Source of the DNA: Mobula hypostoma
Taxonomy: Eukaryota
Length of the DNA: 64,000 bases
Assembly: GCF_963921235.1 (NCBI RefSeq)
Contig: NC_086118.1
Span: forward strand, 21,392,001 to 21,456,000
Direction of reading: 5' to 3'
A model generated the notes under the pieces. It had not been told where the DNA came from, did not search any database, and saw only the letters and a program-made list of their open reading frames with translations. Numbering within the stretch: position 1 is the first letter of the stretch; each line of letters opens with the position of its first letter. The position numbers and the translations under genes were made by a program. Below are positions 13,441-24,504 of the stretch, piece after piece.

Positions 13441-14910
13441 TTGAAGCTGGTTTAAAAGGTGCCCTCAGATATATCCAAATCACCATCACACTTTGCAACT
13501 TCACAAATATGACAACTGTTGCAGAAGTTCAGCCCTAAAGATGATAGAGCCATCCCTGCCAAACTTCATCCCATTCTTGCAGTCAGGGAAAGTTGCACTC
13601 AGTCGCTTCCTCCTCTCCGTTGCTCAGCTGACAGCGCTGCCTCACCCAGCCTGACTCACATTGCGGAGACAAAATACCAGCTAAAAAACTGGCTAACATA
13701 TCTATTGACTAAAGCCTGGAGCAAAACATTTAAGCCTAGACATTGGATTGGACAAAATCTATTTGCATCTGATCAAACTCACAACATACAATTTTGGCCG
13801 TGCTTCTTAAAAAAAAAGTAATTTCCCGTATTTCCTGAAGTACACCCTCCGATCAGGAAATTGGACGGATGTTTCCGGGCGCTATTCATCCTATTATCTT
13901 CCTGTCCTGATTAGAGCTGAGGGGGACTTTCTTAATGTGTGGAGTGTGCATTTTCACCTACAACTGCATGCACAATTGATTTATTTTCAATTTAACTACA
14001 AATAAATTGTACGAATTGATTCATTTCCACAAGCACAAAGGAACAATCACAGACTGAGAGATGCCAGAAGGCTGCCCAGACACTTTCTGCAATCCACAAA
14101 CTATGCTGTAGCTTTCTCCAAGTGCTTTTTATACCACTGTTGCTGTTCACATCCCAATTCTGCGAGGACATGAAAAGCTAAGACCGGCAGCCATTTATCA
14201 GGAGGCAAATGGTGTGATAATGACTAGTTACCCAAGGTGGCCTGGAATGGGACATGAGGCCAGCAGTCACAGCCACCCCTATCAACAGGGTCTTCTAACA
14301 AGTTAACCTTTACCCAGAGCTCGCCAAAGGGCAATGCTTTGCAAGGCTGCTCATGAGACCTCTACCACTTTTCACAGCTTGCTACAGCATAAAGGTCACA
14401 GAGGAACTCTGCTCAAGGATTCCCCACCACACCTGGTTCTTCTGCTTGTCGCCTACAAGCTCCTGCACCACCTTTTCACATTGGCTATCTCCCCTATACA
14501 GTCTAAGTTCCAATGAAGGCTCTCTGCATTGGAGGGGTCGCGACTGTCACGTGACAGCACTGCCCATTTACCTGGTCAAAAGACACGCTACCTGCCAATC
14601 AAGGTTTGACCCCTCCTCACCCATCAATGCACACCTCACCATTGCTCTTTGTAATCAGTTTAACCCTGCTGGCACCGAGCCATTGGCTTCCCTGTGAACC
14701 ACCTGGGCTGGACTCATCAGCCCTGCTACACTATAAAGGAAGCCGCGTGTGCTTGACCCTTTCCCTTTTTTGCTACCTCCGAGGGACCACCCTGCCATTG
14801 GTGAGTTGTGCACTGAATAGGGTTGGGGGTGTGGGTATCGTCCCTAATATCATAAGAGCATGCCCACACAGAGTCAAGGGTGTCGGGTATCGTATTGACA
14901 TTTCCCTTGG

Positions 14911-14967
<57 letters not shown>

Positions 14968-15375
14968 TACACGCACGCATGTACCGTGTTCCCACGTGAT
15001 TTTATTAATTGTCCGCGTGTTTTATTGTCGATCCCACTTTTCCCACGACTGCTGTAAATTGTGCGCGTGTTGTTTCTGTTGTCATTTTCCCACATTTGCC
15101 TTCTGTAAATAAAATCCTTTACTACCAAGACTGTGTCCAGAGTCCTTGCCTTTGAGACCTATCGAATCTGTCTTCTCACTTACAACAGTCTCAATGAAGG
15201 ATGCTGATTATGAAGATTATGAACTTTTCCTGACTGCAAGAATGGGATGAAGTTTGGCAGGGATGGCTCTATCATCTTTAGGGCTGAACTTCTGCAACAG
15301 TTGTCATACTTGTGAAGTTGCAAAGTGTAATGGTGATGTGGATATATATGAGGGCATCTTTTAAACCAGCTTCAA
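13441..15375. repeat. 154-bp inverted repeat pair (13441-13594 and 15222-15375)
   Basis: Manual alignment of the reverse complement gives 148/154 identities with no gaps. Confidence 0.95.
14545..15187 (+). mobile_element. Probable solo LTR containing a (GT)n microsatellite (about 14913-14964)
   Basis: TGTCACG...TACAACA termini, TATAAA near 14732, AATAAA near 15108, and CpG-richer than its flanks. No clean TSD seen. Confidence 0.5.
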
Positions 15376-15819
15376 TGAAGGGAGCCAATAGGCTGGTCCT
15401 AGACTTATTTCCTGGCATCATTTACATATTACTATTTAACTATTTATAGTTTTATTATTTATGGTGCAACTGTAACGAAAACCAATTTCCCCCGGGATCA
15501 ATAAAGTATGACTATGACTATGACTATTATCCCTCTGTCTGCACAGTGTTGCTTGACCCACTGAGCTCCTCCAGCAGGTTGTTTTTGTTGAGAGATCCTC
15601 CTTTTTCTGCCTCAAATAAATAAGCACCCAAATTAAAGCAGGCCTCTGCATAAAATGCACTTTCTTCTCTGAAGGCGCCAACTCGTTCTCAATCCTCCGA
15701 CCCTTTCACAGCTGCTAAACATTTATGCTAGACACACGGGACTGCAAACGCACAGGACTCTGGAGCAGCAAACGATATGCTGAAGGAACTCAGCATATCC
15801 AGCAGCAAATCATAAACTC

Positions 15820-15995
15820 AAGAAATTCTGCAGATGCTGGAGATCTACAGCAACACACAAAATGCTGGAGGAATTCAGCAGGTCAGGCAGCATCTATGGA
15901 GAGGAATAAATTGTTGATGTTTCAGGCTGAGACCCTTCATCAGGACTGGAGAGGAAGGGGGGAGAACCAGAATAAGAAAGTGGGGAGGGGAAGGA
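15820..15995 (-). mobile_element. Penelope-like terminal repeat with hammerhead core (15911-15948)
   Basis: The minus strand reads CAGTC-CTGATGA-A-GGGTCTCAGCCT-GAAAC-ATC-AACAA. Confidence 0.75.
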
Positions 15996-16260
15996 CGGCA
16001 TTAGTCGATGCAGCGCAGAGAGAGTGGGGAGCGTTTTCAGTACAGGCTTAGAAGGTGGATTGTTCCACGTGGCCAACAAAAAAGGCAGGCCAAGCTGGGG
16101 CCCATGCAGGTACCCAGGGCTATTTGCAGCATCTGTTGAGGGAAAGGAACTGTCAATGTACGAGTTTGTAATAATTAACAAATTGACATCCAATAGGTTG
16201 GGAGAGGCAACAAAGGAACCAATATTCAAATCAAATAACAAGTAAGCTTTCTCCAATTGC

Positions 16261-16394
16261 AAACAACAGGAATTCTGCAGATGCTGGAAATTTAAGCAAC
16301 ACACATCAAAGTTGCTGGTGAATGCAGCAGGCCAGGCAGCATCTGTAGGAAGAGGTGGAGTCGTCGTTTCAGGCCGAAACCCTTCGTCAGGACT
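16261..16394 (-). mobile_element. Penelope-like terminal repeat with hammerhead core (16358-16395)
   Basis: The minus strand reads GAGTC-CTGACGA-A-GGGTTTCGGCCT-GAAAC-GAC-GACTC. CAATTG occurs on both flanks. Confidence 0.8.
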
Positions 16395-18068
16395 CAATTG
16401 TGTGTTTTTTTGAAAAAAAGAGCATTGATGAGTTGAGATTTAAAATGGTACAACAGACCGCAGGTATTCCATACCATGCTCTCAACAATGTGAAGTGATT
16501 TATGTAGAATAATGCTTGTCTGCTTCAGCTAATCCAGTCTATTTTCAATGGCCTACCGAACAAGAACAGGAAGTACAACAGAGTTCAACGTTCAAAAGTT
16601 CAGGTAAACTGCACCACCTCGCTCACCTTTGGAACCAATGTGCTGACAGACCAGGGTCATGAGACCAATTCCTGCTGTCTTTGCACCTCACCTCCATGAG
16701 CAATCTCAGCGTGGTACAACTCATGATGAAGAGGCGAGCGGATGGGAGGGACTATACTTTAGAAATTCAGAGCTCAGTTCCTACATGCCATTTCATAAGA
16801 GGGCCCTGTCTTCAAGTAATGCCTCTCACTGTTCAGCACAGTGTGTAGCCTATTAGTACTTGGTACCTGCTCGACAAGGACAACCCAACCCTCACCACTC
16901 CAGCAAGGGTCAGAACAGAAACGAGAAGTTTCTGCTTTCAGAGAGTGGTGAGTCTTTGGAAATTATGACTGAAGAGGGCCGCCAAGACTCCGATTTTGAG
17001 CATATTCACCACATAGACTGATAGATTCTTATATTAGAGATTTTGGATTATGCAGGAAAGTGGTGCAAAAGGTAAAAATATTAGTTGTGAAATTACTATG
17101 GGGCACAGCAGGCTACAAAGGCCAAATGGCCTTCTCAGCTCCCCCCCCCCGCACCTTTATATCCGTATAAATCTTCTGCATACTTGCACATACAATGACA
17201 ATGTACTAGACTTTGCTTTTCTCTTCCACCCCTCCTCTCCTCCCTGCTTCACTTTCCACTACATCTCCACTTCTTTTGTGGGAAGGAAAGCTGGTGGCTT
17301 CTGCCGATAATCTACAAAAACAAAGCTCTAATTGTGTTCATTCTTGTAAAGACGGGTATGATTTATACTTGTGAATGTTATGTATCTGATATTATATGCC
17401 TGGGCTGCCACTGCAAGCAAGTTTTACATAGCATCTGTGCATACATGATGGAGCGATACTGGAACGTTGAGAACTGCACCTTGAGACATCCTGATATTCC
17501 TTTTTGTATTGCTCCACTCTTCATAGACTCTTACTCTCTGGCCACTTACTACCAGCCGTCTTGTACTGCGACATTAGTAAGTCTCCTGCCTCCACTGGTA
17601 AACAGGATATTCTCATGTCCTACACTACTACTTTCAGCACCTTCTGCTTAAATCTGGCAACTCTATTCTTATCCAGGAAGCCTATGTGTTCCTGTACATT
17701 GTTTTGAGAATGATGAAGAATGCATCACTTTGGGCCAAAACACCTGCACCATTTTCATCCACAGTGGCAGTAGGTGCACCACATCAGAAGAGTTTTATGT
17801 ATGAAAATGCCCAGTAGCTCTTAACACTTGAAAGCCAACTTTTTAGCTGGCAATCCTTAATTTCTGCCAGTACGCGGCAAAAAAATGAAAGCACAACACA
17901 TGGCACTCACTCAGCACATCAAAAGAAAGTGGTTTCGAGCTCCAAGGTTTCACTTTCTTTCACTATTCTACATTTTCAATAAAAGCTCCAAGAAAATGTT
18001 ACAAAAATAATCCGATAATAAATAGCGGTAGTAGTTGTAGTCATAACAATAAGAAGAATATGTACAAC

Positions 18069-18185
18069 CTTGCTTGCATCATTGAAAATTGACAACTGCA
18101 TCGATCCCTGGAAATCCTGGTCCAAAACTGACTGAAGGCACTCATCCAACCATCTTGCTGCATTATGAACAGGCAGAATGATAGA
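18069..18185 (-). CDS. B3GNTL1: B3GNTL1/QTGAL coding exon (start of GT2 domain)
   Basis: 117 nt encoding [39 protein letters not shown], close to human [39 protein letters not shown] (recalled). Acceptor ttgcag and donor AAG|gttgta, phase 0/0. Confidence 0.95.
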
Positions 18186-20631
18186 CTGCAAATCAAATGA
18201 AAGAAAGTAATAAATGCACAAAGGCATATTAAAGAAGGAACAGTCCACTTCCTGACTCATGTCCAAAATGATGTAACATCAAAAAACAGTGAAATATTTT
18301 CCATTTCCCAATGTTCAAAATGTCCATTTTAGATGGATTTGACCTCTATCATTTTATAATACTTACTTATTTCTCATTGAACTTGAAGTAAATTAGTTGG
18401 AAATCTGTGGTCAAGTTAAATAAACTATTCATTTTTCCCTCTTCCATTACTTTTGACAGATAAGAAACTGAATGCTTATTAAGATATATACACACACAGG
18501 CAGATCCCAGCCACAATTTCATTTTAGACTGAAGCAGCCACAACCATTCTAGTGCCTAGCTTAGTGCCCTCAAGTTAAACAGGAAAATAGGGTACAATTT
18601 CTTTTGATTGACGTCCATTGAAGCCCTTCCTGAAAGAATAGTTTTATGTTTCTGGAACACAAGAGGTTGAAGAATTGGTAAGAAACTTGGATATCTCAAG
18701 CTGAGCTACATGAAAGATGACAACTGCAGTTTGAGATATCCAAGTAGAAAATGAATGCAGGGTGGCAAAACCAGTTGACTCAGCTGAATCTTTCCCCAGG
18801 GTCACATAACTGCCAACACTCTCTATTTGAGTCCTGCAGAAGAATGGCTTGCTGGCATGGCACCAGAGAGTTATCACACTCTTGGAATCTCTTGCAAGAT
18901 ATCAGTACATCAGGAATTGAGCACAAACATTAGGGAAAAATAAAGCACATCTGCAGATTTCTTTTTCTTTAAACACATGCTAGGAAAGCAGGCAGAAACA
19001 AACATTCCTGGTCAATTAAATACTATTGTAGGGAAGACCTTAAGCAGCCAAATTAACTTCAGTCCATGTCACATTTACAACTTATGTATGACCACAATTG
19101 AAGCGCCACACATTGTTTTGTATTCTAGAATATTTTTCCCCAGCACAGTATTAGATGTAATGTTATCAAGATCATAACACAGAATGGAATCATTTCATAT
19201 TTTGCCACATACATCCAAGAAGATCAGATGTTCAGTGAGGCATCTGCTTAATACTGAGCAGCGAATAAATTACCATGGTGATAATATAACAAAACTATTA
19301 TCTGTTCCATTTGCAAACTTCACTTCAATTTTCACTGCGGACCTGTTGGCAGGTCTTTCTCTTTACTATGGTGACTGTGCGAGAAGCATCAGTTTAATCT
19401 TTGAAGCTTAAACCAAACATAGGAGGTTGCCAATTTTTTTAATAACTCATTTGAAAGAAGGTGAAAAAGCCAAGACTCAGGAGGTGAGAATAAGCAAACA
19501 ATAATGGGGTAGTACCTCCCATCCACGTGGAATCAGATTTTAATCACCAAACAATAAGAGAACAGGATTATAAGAAGGGAAATCATTCAAAGATGAAGAT
19601 TCAAAGTACATTTGAATTCCACATCACATTACTTTTGTAATTTGTCTTTCCAGTACTTGCAAACATTCATCTCCATTAACTATGTAACCAAGGAATCAAG
19701 GAATTTTTAAATTTAACCCACAAGATCATAATTTAACCCACTTCTCACATTTTGCGATGTCTATTTTACAAAAAAAACAGATTTGTTTTCATGAGGTGGA
19801 GAGTTAAAAAAGTACATTTGGTTTAAATTCAAATCATCTAGCATTTACAGTTTTACAATGATCAAACCTTCTCGTAATTGTGACACAGTTATCACTCTTC
19901 ACAGAACCAGCCCAAGAGAAAAGAAACATTAGATGAAGTACTTTATCTGATGCAAAGCTGGGAACAGGGAGGTATGGGTGGTAACTTGACCAGTTTGCTA
20001 AACTGAGCCAAAAAGAGAGGGCTGCTAATTGGCCAACTGGCATTTCCTTCTTTCTTCTATTCTGATCTACATGATAGAAATACCTACAATAGAGGCATTG
20101 ACAGGGTAGGTGGTCAAAGTCCTTTCCCCGAGGGGCAAGCCCTAGAGAGCATAGCTTTAAGAGGGGGAAGTTTAAAGGAGATTTACAAGGCAAGTTATTT
20201 ATTTATTTTTCTTACACAGAATGGTATGTGACTGGAAAGCACCACCCGGGGAAGCAATAGAAGCATTTACACAGGCACATCAACAGCAAGCGAGCGAGAT
20301 GACATGCGATCAGATAGGATTCCTTTGCATTGGTTTCATGGCCAACACTTGACTTTGTGAGCCTTGGGGCCTGTTCCCGGGCTGCAGGGTTCTCTGTTCA
20401 CCGGATAGGGAACACGAGAAAGAGAAACAGCAGAAAGAGGAAGAAACGATTCATCAGCACGCTGGTTCCCCAGAAGAGCACTGGTGATGCATGAGCTAAT
20501 TTGCATTACATGACTCATGTTTGTAGTTCAAACATGCAACATTGGATTACTAGTCTAAATTGGCTTGTGTGACATTAATGACACTCATTCACAATCGCAC
20601 TGTGGAGGGCTTTTACTCAATCAGGACAACG

Positions 20632-21033
20632 CACTCAGTGGCCACTTTATTAGGTACAGGAGGTACCTAATAAAAACCACTGAGTATATCGCTATATGTT
20701 CATGGTCATCTACTGCTGTAGCCCATCCACTTCAAGGTTCAATGTGTTGTTCGCTTTAGAGATTTTCTTCTGCACACCACTGTTGTAATGTGTGGTTATT
20801 TGTGTGAGATCAGCAGTTTCTGAGATAGTCAAATCAACTCAACTGGCACAAATAGTTATTCCACAGTCAAGGTCACTTAAATCAGATTTCTTCCCCATTT
20901 TAATATTTGGTCTGAACAATAACTGACCTCTTGACCATGTCCTCTTACTTTTACGCATTGAGTTGCTGCCACATGATTGGCTGATTAGATATTTGCATCC
21001 AGCAGGTGTACACAATAAAGTGGCCACTGAATG
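20632..21033. mobile_element. Tc1/mariner-like MITE
   Basis: TIRs CACTCAGTGGCCACTTTATTAGGTAC and GTACACAATAAAGTGGCCACTGAATG. An additional internal inverted TIR copy ends near 20695. Confidence 0.75.
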
Positions 21034-21122
21034 CAAGTTATCACTGAAAATTTAACTAAAATTTTTAATTCATTTGCAATATTCCCAAAGATAATTAAAA
21101 TTTAAAAAAAATATGAATCCAG

Positions 21123-21440
21123 GCAACACACACAAAATGCTGGAGGAACTTGGCAAGCCAGGCAGCATCAATGGAGAGTCAATGGAGAGGAATAAACAGT
21201 GATGTTTTGGGCAGAGACCTTTCATCAGGACTTGAAAGAAAAGCCAAAATGAAAAGGTGGGGTGGAAGGGAAGGAAGTACATGTTGGCAGGTAATAGTTG
21301 AAACCAGAGGCCCTTCATTAGGGTCTCTGCCCAAAACATTGACTGTTTCGCCTTTGTAGATGCTGCCCGATCTGCTGAGCTCCTCCAGTATTTTGTGTGT
21401 TCTGCTCAAGATCTCCAGCATCTGCCGAGTCCCTTGTGCT
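21123..21440. mobile_element. Penelope-like fold-back pair with two decayed hammerheads
   Basis: Inverted arms CAACACACACAAAATGCTGGAGGAACT and AGCTCCTCCAGTATTTTGTGTGTT, with a degenerate CTGATGA...AAAAC core. Confidence 0.7.
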
Positions 21441-21764
21441 TCTGAATCCAGGCAGGTTTCTTCATCCAACTCTCAAGCCTGTTCCAAAACCAATATAGAG
21501 GACAGTAGAGACTGGTTCAATTTAAATCATTTCACCCTTGGAATCACAAAAATGTTACCAATTGGGGCAGACAACATTCCAATTGCTTTCAGCCAATGGT
21601 AATGCTAGGTTATGACTGTCCAAAAACATTTTATATTGAAAGATGTATAATTCACAGGAATGTACCAATCTAGCCCATTCAACCTTCAAACAAATTTCTT
21701 CCATTTCTCCAAGGATAGCATGACCAATCAAGTTGTGGCTTATTTCTGAACCAGGACATTATGA

Positions 21765-21940
21765 ACTCCAAGCCCACTTGTGGATAGTTGGGCGATATTC
21801 TAGAGTTGCCTTGAGGAAATACTGCACGGTCAGAAGTTATATTTCAGACTTATTAAACCAAGGATGCATCTGCTTCCCGTAGTGCTATTTTGAAAAGAGC
21901 AATGTTATTGTAGGACCTTGGACTAAACAATTTACCCATT
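21765..21940 (+). mobile_element. Old Deu-domain SINE relic (SacSINE1/AmnSINE1-like)
   Basis: Degenerate similarity (TACTGCAC-GGTCAGAAG, TTAAACCAAGG, TGCTATTTTGAAAAGAGCA) to the recalled Deu-SINE consensus and to the 55329-55655 copy. Confidence 0.45.
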
Positions 21941-22568
21941 ACTGGTACAACTTTGGCATGGGTGGTGGGAATGCTGATCCTTTATGCTACAATAAGTTGG
22001 GGGGGGGAGGGTTGAAGCCGATTGCATGGGGGGGGCAGGGGGCTTTGGGGTTCTTTAGTTTTTATTCTGTCATTCATTCTTTGGGGTTTTTCTTGTTCTG
22101 AGGATGTCGGCAGAGAATAAGAATTTCAGGTCGTATATTGTATACATTCTCTGATATCAGATGGAACCACTGAATATGGCATAACAATGTGCAACTGTTT
22201 TTGAAGCACCTAATGTTAACACTAAGGGACAGAGGGCACCAAATGCAGTGTATGCAGGTCTATGTCCTACCAAGTTTAGGATTAACATATTGATGGGAAA
22301 CCATTTCCCAAATGTAGGATGCCATCAACTCACCGATATGAATCGATTAAAACTTTAAAATTGCTTAATGATGTACTTGGGAGGGGAAATGAACATTTCT
22401 AGCAGCAATAAAAACAGGCCGAGTTTAAAAGAATCAAGCCAAGCATCATTGCCCATCTCCAAAATAAAAATGTGATAACTGCTTTTGTTCATCATGTATT
22501 GCAAAACAATAAACTTGCACGAGATCCATGTATGAAAATGTATAATTCATTTCAGCTGCTCAACATAC

Positions 22569-22709
22569 CACATCACTTAGGTAATCTTCCCTCCCACAGT
22601 TTAATCTGTGCTCGTCACTTTTTTCTCTGTGTTTTGTTGTTTTGAAACCAGCAACATCTTCGACTTCGCCTTTGGTAGATTTATTGGGAACTGATACGCA
22701 CACTGACAT
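22569..22709 (-). CDS. B3GNTL1: B3GNTL1/QTGAL (queuosine-tRNA galactosyltransferase), probable first coding exon
   Basis: ATG at 22709 opens 47 codons (MSVCVSVPNK...EDYLSDV). The exon ends GTG|gtatgt in phase 0 and joins the next exon to give [10 protein letters not shown]. It lies just downstream of a CpG-rich promoter. It is not in the ORF track, and most of the N-terminus is not recognisably conserved. Confidence 0.7.
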
Positions 22710-22914
22710 TTAAATACAAAAGTAATACGGGATCCTCTGCATTAAAAAACATGTACTCAAGGCCTACCGAAACTAGATATGCCCTCAACCGACCAAAACT
22801 TGCAAAACAGAAACTATTCCCTCTGCTCACGCCTTACAAACAACAGTTTATGTAATAGATATGTTTAAATAAGAGCGGACAACTTTCCCAAACTACTACG
22901 ATCGGATGATATTA

Positions 22915-23130
22915 ACCCGCAGGGAAAAAATCCAGTATCCGGAAGTACCGCACGCGCTGCTTCCAGCAATGCGTCCCGCCCCCTCTCGGCGCTGATTGGA
23001 CTACACTCCAGCCTCTGAAAACATTGCGAATTACTGGTGGCTGATTGGTCAGTAAAGCTGTAAACTATTCCGGTATGGAACTCCAGGAAGCTCCCACTGA
23101 TGTCAATCAATCCTTCGACGTAATATTGGT
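22915..23130 (-). promoter_or_regulatory. Probable B3GNTL1 housekeeping-type promoter
   Basis: Local CpG retention. ETS site CCGGAAGT at 22939-22946, GC box CCCGCCCCC at 22975-22983, CCAAT boxes on the minus strand (GATTGG at 22994 and 23043, ATTGG at 23125), and a ZNF143-like ACTACACTCCAGC at 23000-23012. Lies 200-400 nt upstream of the ATG. Confidence 0.75.
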
Positions 23131-24504
23131 TAATCTATGCAATGAAATAGAGCTTAAAAATTCTAAAATTAAATTGAACAATTAGGACAAACATTTAATA
23201 TTCTACTTTATTTTGGTATCTTAATTTGCGCTTTGAAAATTCCCTCAAGTTTTCCAAATAATTTGCCAATATTAATAATACCATAACAATTGCTGACTAA
23301 AGTATTGTGACCAGAAATACAATGTTTTCAGTACTATTTTAATGATTAAAAACTTGTTATATCCATTATGCTGGGATTAAACTGAAAATTATATCAAGCC
23401 TCTAACCGACAACAGGAAAACGGCCCCGGCGCATCATTGCTGCAGATTCGGACGCTGATTACTTTAAATATATTATTAAGATTTTTGGCGCCGCGAGGCT
23501 GCTGTCAGGTGAAGTGTGTCCCTTGTTTGCCCCAAAATTGCTGAGTTACGCCTTGCAGACTATGGGGTGAATTTTTCCGTGGATGGGGCCAAATTCCGGT
23601 CTTTTAAACGTTGGTCATTTCTTAGCTCCTTTCACGACCAAACTATCATTGACTGAAAAGAATAAGGTTTTCCTCCAGTGTCTAAGCAACCATAACTACT
23701 TAAAGTCAAACAGCCTACAGTATCCAAGTCCACATTCACTGCAGTTGCAAATGCAAGGTTCCATTTTTCCTCGGAAGTTCATTTTTTAAAAAAAAGATTC
23801 CTTAGGAAAGTGATTTAATTCCAAAAATTAAATATTTGAAAGAAAATTAGGTAAACATTATGTGTCATATTGAAGCTTGCCTTGTAAAGCAAGTAATGCA
23901 TTACCAGAGCTTATCCAAAATACCAGTGATGTAGAGTCCACCAGAACAAAAGACAAACCAGTTGAAGTATCCTGATCTTTAATAGATAATTGACTGACAT
24001 TATAATATCTAACTTGGTCAGCTGAAGATTTACCATGAGCAGATTTGGCTTTTGCAAAGTAAGGTTCTTTAGCCAAGCAACATTTTGTTGAGCAATTAGT
24101 TTATTCAATGAAAGGGCAAGAGAAAAACATGTTATACAAAAGCACAGTCCGATTGAAGGATCTCGGCCCAAAATGTCAACTTTATGCTCCTCCATGAATG
24201 CTGATTGACCTGCTTAGTTTCTCCACCATTTTGTGAGATTGCTCAAGATTTCCAGCAACTGCAGAATCCTGTGTTCATGAAAAGCATCTCTAGATTGGAT
24301 TGCACCATAATAATGGCCAATTTTTGGTTAATCTTAGAAAATAGATATCAGGACTGAAATAATTTTAATGTTAATTATTAACAGCTGCATTATTAAAAGA
24401 CAAGCACATAATTAATGACCAAGTTAATTCATTAATTTTAATCAATTTGTCCATTAACAAATCCAAAAAAATCTTCCCTATTGGTGTTCAACTGTTTCTT
24501 GATT

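Noticed and set aside
14606..15128. ORFs with CVCVCV or THTHTH runs
   Set aside because: Artefacts of the (GT)n microsatellite.
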